Part shown: in pieces, positions 28,003 through 38,180 of the stretch | Layout: each line of letters opens with the position of its first letter | Position numbering within the stretch: position 1 is the first letter of the stretch | NCBI GenBank assembly: GCA_041662665.1 | Contig: JBAZSC010000001.1 | Location: 449,511 to 513,510, forward strand | Source of the DNA: Patescibacteria group bacterium | GTDB lineage: Bacteria; Patescibacteriota; JABMPQ01; JAQVVF01 | Reading direction: 5' to 3' | Length of the DNA stretch: 64,000 bases | Program-made: the position numbers and the translations under genes | Notes under the pieces: generated by a model | Seen by the model: the letters and a program-made list of their open reading frames with translations, nothing else | Database searches by the model: none | Told to the model about the DNA's origin: nothing

Positions 28003-30843
28003 TTATATTTCGCGTCTTTTCTCCAGATTTCTAAAACTCGCTACATTTTGTTCAAAGAATAAATCAACAACTCCTGTTGGTCCATTTCTATGTTTTTTAA
28101 TATGAATTTCTGCAATATGTTTTCGATCTGTATCTTTTTTATAAACTTCTTCGCGATAAATAAACATAACAACATCAGCATCTTGTTCAATACTACCACT
28201 TTCTCTTAAATCTGACAATTGTGGTATCTGCGGAGTTCTATTTTCTACAGCACGAGACAACTGCGATAATGCCAGTACTGGCACATTGAGTTCGCGAGCA
28301 ATACCTTTTAGCGCTCTAGATATTTCTGAAACCTCTTGAACTCTGCTTTCTGTATTTCTTCCTTCCATCAACTGCAAATAATCAACAACCAAAAAACCTA
28401 ATCCATGTTCAGCATGCAATCTTCTTGCTTTTGTTCTGATTTCCATAATGTTTGAAGAAGGGGAGTCATCAATGAATAATGGCGCTTCTGATAAGACGCC
28501 CATTGCATGTCCAATTCTTGGAAAATCATCATCTTCTTCGCGATCAGAAAGTTTTCCAGTTCTCATTCTCCACAAATCAACATTCGCTTCAGAACATAAT
28601 ATTCTATCAACCAATTGTTCTTTTGACATTTCAAGACTGAATATGCCAACTGGAATCTTTTGCTTGGCAATATTTTTAGCAAAATCAAGAGCAAGAGATG
28701 TATTATGTACCAAAAAATCATTAGCGATAAAATTGTGCGTTGAATTTATTGATAAATCATAAACTTGTTTTTTGCCAATATATTTTATACTTTTTATTTT
28801 ATCCCAAACTATGTCGCTTTCAGCTAATTCTAAAAGCTTTTTTGATTTTAAAACTGTTGCTAATTTTTTAATAGTTTCTCTTCTTGGATTTCGTCTAAAA
28901 GCATGAATATTATGAGTTAACGGCAAATTTAATTTTTTATAAATTTCTTGCCATGTTTTTTTGCCTTTCGCTTTTTTGACTAAATGCCAAACCTCAATTG
29001 GCAGAGTATCATAAGTCCAGCCAGATGTTTTTTTATTTACGAATTTTTCTAATTTTGCAAGCTGTTTTTCTTTGCCAAAAATTCCAATTTCTTTTGCAAA
29101 TCTGCTAATATTTTCTTTATTCCTTATTTCTATTTCAAAAGCAGTTCTTACTTCATTATTATATTTAATTTTTTTAATTCTTAATTTGCTTATTATGCCA
29201 AATCTCAATAATAAATGTTGGATTTGTTTTATTAATTTTTCCGATATTGATGAATAGGATAATCCATAATTATTTTTGCCTAAATAAGCAGAGCCATCAC
29301 AAGAGAATAGGCGATTCAAAAATAATGCAACAAATTCTTTTTTTAAGCTAAATATAATCTCTGGTACGAACTTATTGCCAGCTGATTTACCCATTAGATC
29401 TAATTGTTTTAACCACTTAGTAACAGAATTACTATCTTCCAATTCATTACGCAACTTTTTAATTTGGTTTTGAGTTTTAAGCGGCAATTTTAAATAATCT
29501 AATATACTTTTTAAAGTTTCACATGTTGGCAACCAATGACCATTGATAATAGCTGAAAAACCCGCGTGGCTTAAACCAATACTTTTTTCAATATCCATTT
29601 GTTTTTGATTTGTTTTTATAACAAATGTTTTTAGCAATTCGCCAAACTTTTTTATTTTTTGCTTATCTTTAATTTTCGTACTAGAAACTCTAAAACTTGG
29701 AGTTCTTTTTCCGTTAAAATCAGATAACATAAATTTCACATTAGGAAATTTAGTAACTGAATTTTGAAAATCAGAAATTATCTTTTTATTATTGTTTGTA
29801 AAAATAGGGCAGTGTGTTGTTAAACCACCATCAGCAATAAAATAAGCAAGGCATTTAACTTTATGAGATTCAAGACTTTTTTTACCAAATATCGGAATGA
29901 CTCTAGGACGACCAATCCGCTGACCAGCTTTTAATTTTAATAATGGCTTCCATCCGTCAATTGTCAAAAAAGGATGCGTCAAAGTTGTCTTGATTTTATA
30001 TCCAAGCGCTGTTTCAATTTCATAAACTGGTTTTATATGATCATCCAAATAATTGCTAATTTCAGTTTTCTGTATTTTTAACTCATTATTTAGAGTCAAA
30101 ATATTTCTTAATTTTTCTTTGTATGCCTTTTCAATTGTTAACATACTGCCTGTTTCAGGATCAATTATTTCCGTATCTGCTGTAACGCATTTTCCCATAC
30201 TAGGTCTAGCAGCTAAAATAATCAAATCAGATCGCTGAAATCCAGCCAATACATTATCAAGATCTGGAAAGCCAGTTGGAATTCCACGCAATTTACTGCC
30301 ATCTCGATGCAATTCATCAATTCTCTCAAAAGCATCAGTTAAAACATCTTTAATAACAATAAAATTTTGTTTTAAATATTTTTGAGAAATGCCAAATAAT
30401 TTTTGTTCAGCTTCATCCAATAATTTTTCTATATCTTTTCCTTCTTGATAACCTAATCTTGAAATATCGCCAGCTGCAGTAATCAATTTTCTTAAGGTTG
30501 ATTTTCTCTGAACTATTTTAGCATAATGAATAATATTTCCAGCTGTTGGCACAATGTTTGCAAGAGAAACAAGATAGCTTCTTCCGCCAATTAAATCCAA
30601 ATGTCCTTTGTCAGTTAAAGAGTTCGCCAAACTTACCACATCAATTGGTTCTCTTTTTTCGTACAACTCAAGCATTGAAGAAAAAATCATGCTATTCTTT
30701 TCTTCATAAAAATCTTCAGACCGCAAAAAATCAGAGACTTTGATAATCGCATCTTTATCAATCAAAAGAGAGCCTAAAACAGATTTTTCAGCTTCTTTGT
30801 TTCTTGGTGGCAATTTTTCAACAACGTCGTTTTGGTTTTCCAT
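28003..30843 (-). CDS. dnaB: Replicative DNA helicase DnaB with intein
   Basis: PP...[15 protein letters not shown]|[31 protein letters not shown]. Confidence 0.96.
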   Translation of the reverse strand: MENQNDVVEKLPPRNKEAEKSVLGSLLIDKDAIIKVSDFLRSEDFYEEKNSMIFSSMLELYEKREPIDVVSLANSLTDKGHLDLIGGRSYLVSLANIVPTAGNIIHYAKIVQRKSTLRKLITAAGDISRLGYQEGKDIEKLLDEAEQKLFGISQKYLKQNFIVIKDVLTDAFERIDELHRDGSKLRGIPTGFPDLDNVLAGFQRSDLIILAARPSMGKCVTADTEIIDPETGSMLTIEKAYKEKLRNILTLNNELKIQKTEISNYLDDHIKPVYEIETALGYKIKTTLTHPFLTIDGWKPLLKLKAGQRIGRPRVIPIFGKKSLESHKVKCLAYFIADGGLTTHCPIFTNNNKKIISDFQNSVTKFPNVKFMLSDFNGKRTPSFRVSSTKIKDKQKIKKFGELLKTFVIKTNQKQMDIEKSIGLSHAGFSAIINGHWLPTCETLKSILDYLKLPLKTQNQIKKLRNELEDSNSVTKWLKQLDLMGKSAGNKFVPEIIFSLKKEFVALFLNRLFSCDGSAYLGKNNYGLSYSSISEKLIKQIQHLLLRFGIISKLRIKKIKYNNEVRTAFEIEIRNKENISRFAKEIGIFGKEKQLAKLEKFVNKKTSGWTYDTLPIEVWHLVKKAKGKKTWQEIYKKLNLPLTHNIHAFRRNPRRETIKKLATVLKSKKLLELAESDIVWDKIKSIKYIGKKQVYDLSINSTHNFIANDFLVHNTSLALDFAKNIAKQKIPVGIFSLEMSKEQLVDRILCSEANVDLWRMRTGKLSDREEDDDFPRIGHAMGVLSEAPLFIDDSPSSNIMEIRTKARRLHAEHGLGFLVVDYLQLMEGRNTESRVQEVSEISRALKGIARELNVPVLALSQLSRAVENRTPQIPQLSDLRESGSIEQDADVVMFIYREEVYKKDTDRKHIAEIHIKKHRNGPTGVVDLFFEQNVASFRNLEKRREI
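28702..30189 (-). mobile_element. Intein (496 aa) with LAGLIDADG homing endonuclease, inserted in the DnaB Walker A motif
   Basis: Begins C(VTADTE), ends VHN before Thr; block B TLTHPF; LAYFIADG and [10 protein letters not shown]. Confidence 0.93.
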
Positions 30844-30868
30844 GATATAACAATACATCTCGTTATGG

Positions 30869-30938
30869 CTGGTTTCAGAGTCCTCTCTGAAACCACATCA
30901 ACGATTATTAAGTGGTTGCAGAAAGGATTCTGCAACCA
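30869..30938. repeat. Inverted pair of REP-like hairpins upstream of dnaB
   Basis: TGGTTTCAGAG-tcct-CTCTGAAACCA and TGGTTGCAGAA-agga-TTCTGCAACCA. Confidence 0.65.
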
Positions 30939-31074
30939 GCGATTACGTGAAATTAAATTACAATGTATTCATATCAATATATCATTTTAACATAAAAAAA
31001 CAATCCTCAAAGTTGAGGATAATTTAATAATAAAAAAAGATCCAGAAGGATCTAAATAAAGAACATGATTATGT

Positions 31075-31434
31075 TTAGGCAGAAGGCGCGTGCATTACAA
31101 TGAGGTTGAGAAGCTGAGTCTTATCGAGTCCAAGCCTCGTTGCCCAAGAACCAAATGTGTCATGACGAGAGTCAACATTCATCTGACGACTCAATTCATC
31201 AATAAAGAAATGAAGGCAGGCTCCCATTTGCTTTTCGTCTTTGCATGGGCATACCATTTTTACAATGCGACCACGACGCTTTTCGCGAGTGTAAATAAAA
31301 ATGGAACGGCTTTCTGCACCAGCTTTTGGACAATCCTCAGTAACGTCAACAACCTTTTCAGTCACGCAAGTTACACCTGTGGCAGAATCAGACAAGCCAC
31401 TTTTATACGTAAAAGGATTGAGCACCTTTGCCAT
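31075..31434 (-). CDS. Orphan Cys-rich hypothetical protein
   Basis: AAGGAGG SD, TTGATA-N17-TATTAT promoter, downstream hairpin plus T-tract. Confidence 0.7.
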   Translation of the reverse strand: MAKVLNPFTYKSGLSDSATGVTCVTEKVVDVTEDCPKAGAESRSIFIYTREKRRGRIVKMVCPCKDEKQMGACLHFFIDELSRQMNVDSRHDTFGSWATRLGLDKTQLLNLIVMHAPSA

Positions 31435-31441
31435 GTCTTTC

Positions 31442-31529
31442 TCCTCCTTGGCCTGGTTTTCCGGCCATCAAAAAAAGCATTAATCATAATAGCTCTTTTT
31501 TAATAAAATATCAAGATTTTGTTATCTTT
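31442..31529 (-). repeat. Duplicated promoter/leader unit, copy of 32085-32173
   Basis: About 88-bp near-identical direct repeat including the cysS 3' end. Confidence 0.9.
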
Positions 31530-31593
31530 ATAAGTTCCCTTAAGGTTGAGGATAATTATGGTATAAAAAAATTCTCAAAAAGAGAATCATCAA

Positions 31594-31671
31594 GGATCTT
31601 CGTAAAAAGCATAAACAAAATCATCTTTGTCATAATCATATTCAGTTTTAAGACGTGCACAAAAATTTACC
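31594..31671 (-). pseudogene. Degenerate tandem duplicate of the 3' part of ORF 31667-32080
   Basis: Matches 31698-31774; disrupted by a stop and a frameshift. Confidence 0.8.
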
Positions 31672-32080
31672 TTCCAAAGACATCTTCCCAGGGATTTGGA
31701 TCTACATAAAGAGCATAAACATAATCATCTTTGTCATAATCATGGCCAGTTTTAGACGTGCCCAAAAATTTACCATTACAAGTTATTTCATTCCATTTCT
31801 CTAGTGTCACCGTTTGAATAATTATTCCAGTAGTGCCTGGCGAAGCATCAGTTTTTTCTTTGCAATTAAGCTGAGCATCTTTTTTTCTCAGAACAATATA
31901 AACAACACCATCTGATGAAAATTTTTCAATCTTCCTAATATAACCGTCGAGACATAACACTGTGAACTCGAGTTCATTACCCGTAAGATCAGATATCCCA
32001 AGATGTCCAATCTTTTTTGCTAATTTGTTATAAAGAGCAAGCTTTTGACGCATTTCTTGAATTGGCGTCTTCGATCCCAT
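31667..32080 (-). CDS. Orphan hypothetical protein
   Basis: AAGGAGG SD; same promoter/leader as ORF 31434. Confidence 0.7.
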   Translation of the reverse strand: MGSKTPIQEMRQKLALYNKLAKKIGHLGISDLTGNELEFTVLCLDGYIRKIEKFSSDGVVYIVLRKKDAQLNCKEKTDASPGTTGIIIQTVTLEKWNEITCNGKFLGTSKTGHDYDKDDYVYALYVDPNPWEDVFGR

Positions 32081-32084
32081 CGCT

Positions 32085-32173
32085 TCCTCCTTGGCCTGGT
32101 TTTCCGGCCATCAAAAAAGAGCTTTAATAATAATAGCTCTTTTTTAATAAATTATCAAGATCTTGTTATCTTT
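32085..32173 (-). repeat. Promoter/leader unit overlapping the cysS stop codon
   Basis: -35 TTGATA formed around the cysS TGA; TGGCCGGAAAACCAGGCCA hairpin, then AGGAGG. Confidence 0.9.
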
Positions 32174-33495
32174 GCTCCTTTTTCAGTATCTTCAATTTCA
32201 AATCCTGCTTCTATAATTTTGCTTCGCAATTCATCGGCTTTTTTCCAATCCTTATTTTGACGGGCAAATTCACGTTCTTCTACTAATCTGTTTACAAATT
32301 CCGGAACATCAATTTTTTCAATCTTTTTTAAATTTAATCCCAAAACTTTATCAAAATCAATTAGAGTTGCTTTTTTAATTCCATCATCTAAATCAGACTT
32401 TAGCATTTCCCAAACAACAACCAAAGCCTTTGGCATATTTAAATCATCATTTACAGCCTCTAAAAATTTTAGCTCATACTCTTTATCAATTTTACCAATC
32501 TTACTAATTTTACCGATTCTTTCATGAAGTTTATTCAAAGAATTTTGAGCAGATTTCAATCCAGACCAGCTGAAATTTAATTTTGTTCTATAATGCGCTG
32601 TTAAACATAAATATCTAAAGTCAAGAGGGGAGAAGCATTCTTTTTTTAAGTCATTTAGAGTATAAAAATTGTGCAAGCTTTTTGACATTTTTTTGCCATC
32701 TGCTAAAAGATGCTCGCCATGAATCCAATAATTTGCCAAAGGTTTTCCTGTTTTACTTTCTGATTGAGCAATTTCATTTTCGTGATGGGGGAATATTAAA
32801 TCAACGGCACCAGCATGAATATCAATTGTGTCTCCCAAAGCATCTTGAGCCATTGTTGAACATTCAATATGCCAGCCAGGTCTCCCCTTGCCTAATTTTG
32901 TCTCCCAAAAAACTCCGCCATCTTTTTCTGTCCAATTTTTCCATAGCACAAAATCCCGTAAATTATCTTTATCATATTCATCAACATTTACTCTCGCGCC
33001 AATTTTTATTCCTGCTTTATCAAGATGGGAGAGTTTGCCATAATCTTTAAACTTATTAATTTTGAAATAAACAGATCCATCATCTACCTTGTAAGCAAAG
33101 CCTTTGTCTAGTAGTACCTGAATAAAATCAACCATTTTTTCGATATACTTTGTTGCATTTGTAACAACATCAGGTTTGATTATATTTAATTCTTTTAAAT
33201 CTTCAAAAAATTTATTTTCATAATTCTTTGTCAATTTTGCCAATTCATTTTTATTGCCATTAGCTGCTTTAATAGTTTTATCATCAACATCAGTAATATT
33301 CATGACATGTTTTACTTTGAAATTATTATAAAGCAAAACTCTCTTTAGAATGTCTCCTAAAGTATAAGTCCGCAAATTACCAATCTGAGCATAATTATAA
33401 ACAGTCGGCCCGCAAACATATAGACCAACTTGATTATCTTTTAATGGTTTAAATTCTTCAATTTCTCTTGATAATGTATTGTAAATTTTTAGCAT
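32155..33495 (-). CDS. cysS: Cysteine--tRNA ligase
   Basis: YVCGPTVY, QIGN (HIGH variant), GRPGWHIEC, FPHHENE, KMSKS. Confidence 0.96.
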   Translation of the reverse strand: MLKIYNTLSREIEEFKPLKDNQVGLYVCGPTVYNYAQIGNLRTYTLGDILKRVLLYNNFKVKHVMNITDVDDKTIKAANGNKNELAKLTKNYENKFFEDLKELNIIKPDVVTNATKYIEKMVDFIQVLLDKGFAYKVDDGSVYFKINKFKDYGKLSHLDKAGIKIGARVNVDEYDKDNLRDFVLWKNWTEKDGGVFWETKLGKGRPGWHIECSTMAQDALGDTIDIHAGAVDLIFPHHENEIAQSESKTGKPLANYWIHGEHLLADGKKMSKSLHNFYTLNDLKKECFSPLDFRYLCLTAHYRTKLNFSWSGLKSAQNSLNKLHERIGKISKIGKIDKEYELKFLEAVNDDLNMPKALVVVWEMLKSDLDDGIKKATLIDFDKVLGLNLKKIEKIDVPEFVNRLVEEREFARQNKDWKKADELRSKIIEAGFEIEDTEKGAKITRS

Positions 33496-33514
33496 AGTTT
33501 TGGTTAAGGGTTAC

Positions 33515-33606
33515 TACCCAGCTTTTGCTGGGGTTCGGTGAACTTTAGTTCACAGTCGAGTTTCTTGCTGCAACTAAAGTTGCCCAAACCCCAACTAAAG
33601 TTGGGT
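33515..33606. repeat. Cluster of four short REP-like hairpins (AACTAAAGTT core)
   Basis: CCCAGC-tttt-GCTGGG, GTGAACTTTAGTTCAC, GCAACTAAAGTTGC, CCCAACTAAAGTTGGG. Confidence 0.65.
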
Positions 33607-33731
33607 CATAGATTTCTACCTTTAAAATATCATTTTTAAAATTATTTTACAAATAGCGCATTCGAAAAAGAATTAGTAAGATTCGAAAACGCATTCGAGT
33701 GAGGCACAAAAAAAGAGACCAATAATAGTCT

Positions 33732-34262
33732 CTAAACCTCCAAAAAATGAACGATTTCTGCCTCAATTAATTCAAAAGGACGTCCTTTCTTGATCTTTAA
33801 AATCATTCCAACATCAATTCCAGAAAATTCAGAAGAAGTCAAAAGCGCCAAGAAATGCGGATTAAAATTTCCGATCATGACAAGCTTTTTCTTTGTCTTC
33901 AATCTGCCAACAAGTTCATCATATGTTCCAATTCCGCCCTCAAAAGCAATCACCAAATCTGGCGCATCAATCAAAAGTTGCCGTCTGATTGCAGGTCCGA
34001 AATCAATTTCTTCAAAACCAGGAAATTGAAGTTTTAACAAGCTTGTATTGATTGAGCCAGGCGTTGTGATCTTTTTTTCAAGCAATGACTGATAAACGAT
34101 TCCAGTTCCGCCTCCAATGAAGCAAGCCTGCATAATACCCGAGTTGATACCTCCATGAACTACTAAATGTCCTAATTGAATCAATCTTTGCGTAATTCTT
34201 TCCGCCAATTCTTTGTCCAAACCACCGCACACTGCTCCGCCAATGATTGCGATTCTGGCCAT
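33732..34262 (-). CDS. Divergent LOG/SLOG-family nucleotide-binding protein
   Basis: IAIIGG, VVHGG..SGIMQA, R..L.....D.VIAFEGGIGTYDE (PGGxGTxxE variant); AAGGAGG SD. Confidence 0.7.
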   Translation of the reverse strand: MARIAIIGGAVCGGLDKELAERITQRLIQLGHLVVHGGINSGIMQACFIGGGTGIVYQSLLEKKITTPGSINTSLLKLQFPGFEEIDFGPAIRRQLLIDAPDLVIAFEGGIGTYDELVGRLKTKKKLVMIGNFNPHFLALLTSSEFSGIDVGMILKIKKGRPFELIEAEIVHFLEV

Positions 34263-34284
34263 CTCTCTCCCTCCTTCTTTGTGG

Positions 34285-34752
34285 CTAGGAAAACAGAAGA
34301 CTAAGCACAATGAAGATAATTATTGTTACGAGCGCAATAATCCAATGAAATGACGTTTCAAGATAAATAAAGAATAGATCATACTTCGTCAGTGGTGTCG
34401 TTTTCTTAGCTGCAAGGCAAAGTATCTGGAGTCCAAACATCAACGCAAAAAATACAATGATTAGGGTATTCAGCCAAGATGGTGAATTATAAAAATATGT
34501 TGCGGTCCGAGAGTGAAAAGAGACAGCTACTGTACAAACGCAAGAAATAAGAAATGCCATGGCAAGCTTGATATTAGTCGGAGAATGTGTTTCATAAAGC
34601 TGATCTACGCTTATTCTCTTACCAGCATTATAGTCAGCGAGAGCAGTCATCAGAGGTCTAACTTTTGATGCAATATATTTGTAGGTTAGAACAATTGCAA
34701 CTGTCATAGCAAGAAAAATAATAACTTCAAAAACAATTGTTCCTGTGCTCAT
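34285..34752 (-). CDS. Orphan membrane protein (about 4 TM)
   Basis: Hydrophobic segments; GGAGG SD. Confidence 0.65.
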   Translation of the reverse strand: MSTGTIVFEVIIFLAMTVAIVLTYKYIASKVRPLMTALADYNAGKRISVDQLYETHSPTNIKLAMAFLISCVCTVAVSFHSRTATYFYNSPSWLNTLIIVFFALMFGLQILCLAAKKTTPLTKYDLFFIYLETSFHWIIALVTIIIFIVLSLLFS

Positions 34753-34813
34753 TGTTCCTTATCCTCCCTCTCTTCTGGACTATACATTTTATTGTCAAAA
34801 GAACAATCAAAAA

Positions 34814-34842
34814 ATTATATAATCAAAATACTTTTTTGTCAA
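34814..34842 (-). promoter_or_regulatory. Perfect consensus sigma70 promoter for the 34752/34262 orphan pair
   Basis: TTGACA-N17-TATAAT on the minus strand. Confidence 0.8.
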
Positions 34843-34981
34843 ATCAAAAAAGCCAGTATTTAACTGGCTAATATTTCACCCTTTGGGTGACCACCCGTAG
34901 GGTGGTAATATCCGAATTTCCTAATATCCGAATATTCTAATTTCTAATATTCCAAAATATTTCTAAAAATCAAAACGAAAA

Positions 34982-36385
34982 TTAAAGACTTCCAGAATTA
35001 CGGACATCAGCTCTTTTCATCGGCCATTCTGCTTTTCCAGATTTATCAAAAAAATCAGACAAATTCCAGATATAAACGGAACTATCAGAAAGGCTAGAAA
35101 TAACTTCCAAAACCTTGTTATTATCAACATCAGATAAAGATGGATATGTTAAAAAATTTCCACCTTTTGATTCAGTAGCTAATGGCCATGAATCTCTAAT
35201 TTCTTCGCCATTATTTTTCCAAGCATAAATTCGATCATCAGAAGTACCTAAGACTTCAATATTTTTATCATCATTAATATCCGCCAAATTAATATATTTT
35301 ATTGTCTGTGCAGCAGTTTTTGGCCAGCCCTTAATTTCGGATCCTAATTCGCCTAAGACATGTACTCCAGATTTATTAGCAAAAGAAATATTGGCAATTT
35401 CATTATTATCAACATCACCAAGAGCTAAATCAGAAACTCCATCTTCAAAATTTATTGTCAGTAATTGCTCTCCAGTTTTTGAATAAACTAAAATGTCTTT
35501 TTCCTTTGTACTAACAATAATATTCATGTCAGTCTTGTTAGTAACATTTCCAATTACAACTTCCATATTAGCAGAAGCAGAATCAATTGTTTTAGGATAT
35601 CCAGATAATGTTTGTCCATTATTTTTTAAAACAGAAAGCTCATTTTTTCCTGAAGACAAAGAAGTGAAAATAATTTCAGATTTTGTGTCAGAATCTAAAT
35701 TGGCAGTTGCTAAATCAGAACTTATTTTTTCACTTGTTTCTTTTGGCCAGCCAGACACAATTTCGCCAGCATTAGATATGACATAAATAATTCGATCGCC
35801 AAATGCAGCAATTTCCATTTTATTATCAGAAGTAATATCAGAAATAACAGGAGTTCTTTCTGATGCCAAATTATCTAATGTTTTTGGAAAACCATTTTTA
35901 ATATCAGCATTGCCGCTAAACGCGTAAACAGCTTTGTTTGTTGAAATCACAACATCAAGCTTGCCATCCAAATCCAAATCTCCAATTGCTGGAACTGATG
36001 TACCTAAATATTCATCAATTTTTATTGGCCAATTTGGAACTTCGGATCCATCATCATTTAAAGCATAAACTAAATGCTCATTTGTCCCAAAAATAATTTC
36101 TGGCTTTTTGTCAGCATCAATATCACCAACAGTTGTTCTTGATGGAAGACCGCTGATACTTCTTGGCCAGCCAGCTTTGTAAACCAAAACAGGAAATAAA
36201 TCTTTAATGTTTGGTCCGCTAGCTTTTTTCTTTACAATTGATTGTGGAATGATCTGTTCATTTTTGTAGGCGCCTTTATATACAGTATATCCCATTGCTG
36301 CCATCATCGCAGCACCAGCAAATAGAACGCCAATCAAAGTGCCAACACGAACTTTGGTTTTTGTTTGTGTTAGTGTTTCGGGCAT
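34982..36385 (-). CDS. Membrane-anchored FG-GAP/VCBS-repeat beta-propeller protein
   Basis: N-terminal TM; repeated GD(I/L)D.D...E(I/V) and GWP motifs. Confidence 0.8.
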   Translation of the reverse strand: MPETLTQTKTKVRVGTLIGVLFAGAAMMAAMGYTVYKGAYKNEQIIPQSIVKKKASGPNIKDLFPVLVYKAGWPRSISGLPSRTTVGDIDADKKPEIIFGTNEHLVYALNDDGSEVPNWPIKIDEYLGTSVPAIGDLDLDGKLDVVISTNKAVYAFSGNADIKNGFPKTLDNLASERTPVISDITSDNKMEIAAFGDRIIYVISNAGEIVSGWPKETSEKISSDLATANLDSDTKSEIIFTSLSSGKNELSVLKNNGQTLSGYPKTIDSASANMEVVIGNVTNKTDMNIIVSTKEKDILVYSKTGEQLLTINFEDGVSDLALGDVDNNEIANISFANKSGVHVLGELGSEIKGWPKTAAQTIKYINLADINDDKNIEVLGTSDDRIYAWKNNGEEIRDSWPLATESKGGNFLTYPSLSDVDNNKVLEVISSLSDSSVYIWNLSDFFDKSGKAEWPMKRADVRNSGSL

Positions 36386-36412
36386 AATTTTGTTATTTAG
36401 TTATTTTGTTAT

Positions 36413-37534
36413 TTAGTCATTAATTTCTTTTCCAGTCCATTCTTCCAAAACTTCATCAATATCAATAGCTTTTATTTCAGGAAGTTTTGTTCCTGCTTTA
36501 TCCTCTTGTGCTGACAATTGCAATCTTTCAATTTTTTCATTAACCTCTAATTCTTTTTGAGATAATTTTTTAATTTCTAATGGAGAAGTTGTTTTTTCTC
36601 TTTGTTGCTGAACTTTCAAAAGTTTTTCTTCAAGTTGCTTAATTTTGCCAGGAGCATCAATAACTTGCAATCTAACCATTGCCGAAGCTTCATCAATTAG
36701 ATCAATTGCTTTGTCTGGCAGATATCTATTTTTGATATATTTATCAGATAATCTAGCAGCTGCCTCAATTGCTTCAGGAGTAATAATTACTTTATGATGA
36801 TCTTCATAAACTTTTTTTAGACCATTTAAAATTCTAATTGTCATTTCAACATCAGGTGGCTCAACCATAACAGGCTGAAAACGTCTCTCCAAACTCGCTT
36901 CTGGTTTTATGTATTGATTATATTCATCCAAAGTTGTTGCACCTACAGCCTGCAGATCACCACGAGCTAATGCTGGCTTAATAATATCAGAAGGATCCAA
37001 AGCGCCTTCAGCGCCTTTTGATTGAACAATAAGATGAACTTCATCAATAAATAAAATAATTGTTCTATTTGAAGCTTTTAATTCATCCATTACTTTTCTT
37101 AATCTTTGTTCAAATTCTCCTCTATATTTTGTGCCAGCAATCAAACTACTAACATTGAGAGCTAATACTCTTTTGTTTTGCAAACTTTCTGGAACTTTTT
37201 TCTCAACAATTCTTTGCGCTAATCCTTCAACAATTGCAGTTTTTCCAACGCCAGCTTTACCTAAAAGAATTGGATTATTTTTTGTTCTTCTAGATAATAT
37301 TTGAGTGATTCTTTCAATTTCAGATTCGCGGTCAATGACTGGATCCAATCTTTTTTCTCTGGCATCAGTAGTTACATCTCTAGAATAAGAATCCAAAATT
37401 GGAGTTTTTCCTCCGCCCTTAGGCATTTTATAACTAGATCCTCCTGATCTTTTGAATCGATCGCGATTCATCCAAATTAAATAACCTAAGGCAACAACAA
37501 CCAAAAAAACAATTCCCCAAATACCAGTTGACAT
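36413..37534 (-). CDS. Membrane-anchored single-NBD ClpB/ClpC-like AAA+ ATPase
   Basis: LDPVI.R, RRTKNNP, GKAGVGKT, AGTKYRGEFE, FIDEVH, LERRFQ, LPDKAIDLIDEA; N-terminal TM; no NBD2. Confidence 0.85.
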   Translation of the reverse strand: MSTGIWGIVFLVVVALGYLIWMNRDRFKRSGGSSYKMPKGGGKTPILDSYSRDVTTDAREKRLDPVIDRESEIERITQILSRRTKNNPILLGKAGVGKTAIVEGLAQRIVEKKVPESLQNKRVLALNVSSLIAGTKYRGEFEQRLRKVMDELKASNRTIILFIDEVHLIVQSKGAEGALDPSDIIKPALARGDLQAVGATTLDEYNQYIKPEASLERRFQPVMVEPPDVEMTIRILNGLKKVYEDHHKVIITPEAIEAAARLSDKYIKNRYLPDKAIDLIDEASAMVRLQVIDAPGKIKQLEEKLLKVQQQREKTTSPLEIKKLSQKELEVNEKIERLQLSAQEDKAGTKLPEIKAIDIDEVLEEWTGKEIND

Positions 37535-37712
37535 AAAATTTTATTTTAATTTTAAATTTGATCTTAGAAGAATTTAACTTTCTTCTTCTACCTATATTTT
37601 AATAAATAAATTATACAATAAAATAAAAAAAATAACCAACTAACAATTAACAATAAAGCAATTTAACAATTTTTAATTATATGTTAATATATTTGTAAGT
37701 TAACATTTATCT

Positions 37713-38162
37713 ATGGCAACAAAACAACACGAAACAGCTCCAGACGTAGAATCGGAAATCGAAAAACTAAAAGCTCAACTTGAAGAAAAAGAAAAAATGC
37801 TTGCAACTCAAAAAGCTGAAGCACCACAAGAAGCAACACAACAAGTTGAACAAAAAGAAGAATTAGAAAAAAGAGAGCAAGCAGAAAAAGCAGTCGCTGA
37901 AATAAAAACAGCGCCAGCAAAAGAACAAAAAACTGTTTCACCTTCAATGACTGATGCTGATTTAGTCAAAGATCTCCAAAGTGTAATGACTATGGACAAG
38001 CCTCAACAAGTCAAGACCTTGATCTATTTAGCATTTAAAAAAGGAGTTCGATATTCTTTTAGCATTGCAAAACAATTAAAAGATCCATATCTTTTAGACG
38101 AATTCCATGATACACTAGTAGATGAACTTTATCAGCAATTGTTGAAAAAACGCAAAATTTAA
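37713..38162 (+). CDS. Hypothetical protein (charged N-terminus, helical C-terminal domain)
   Basis: L..LAF.KG........A....PYLLDEFHD.L; upstream of the coupling-protein-like ATPase. Confidence 0.7.
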   Translation: MATKQHETAPDVESEIEKLKAQLEEKEKMLATQKAEAPQEATQQVEQKEELEKREQAEKAVAEIKTAPAKEQKTVSPSMTDADLVKDLQSVMTMDKPQQVKTLIYLAFKKGVRYSFSIAKQLKDPYLLDEFHDTLVDELYQQLLKKRKI

Positions 38163-38180
38163 ATAAAACAAATCTAAAAA

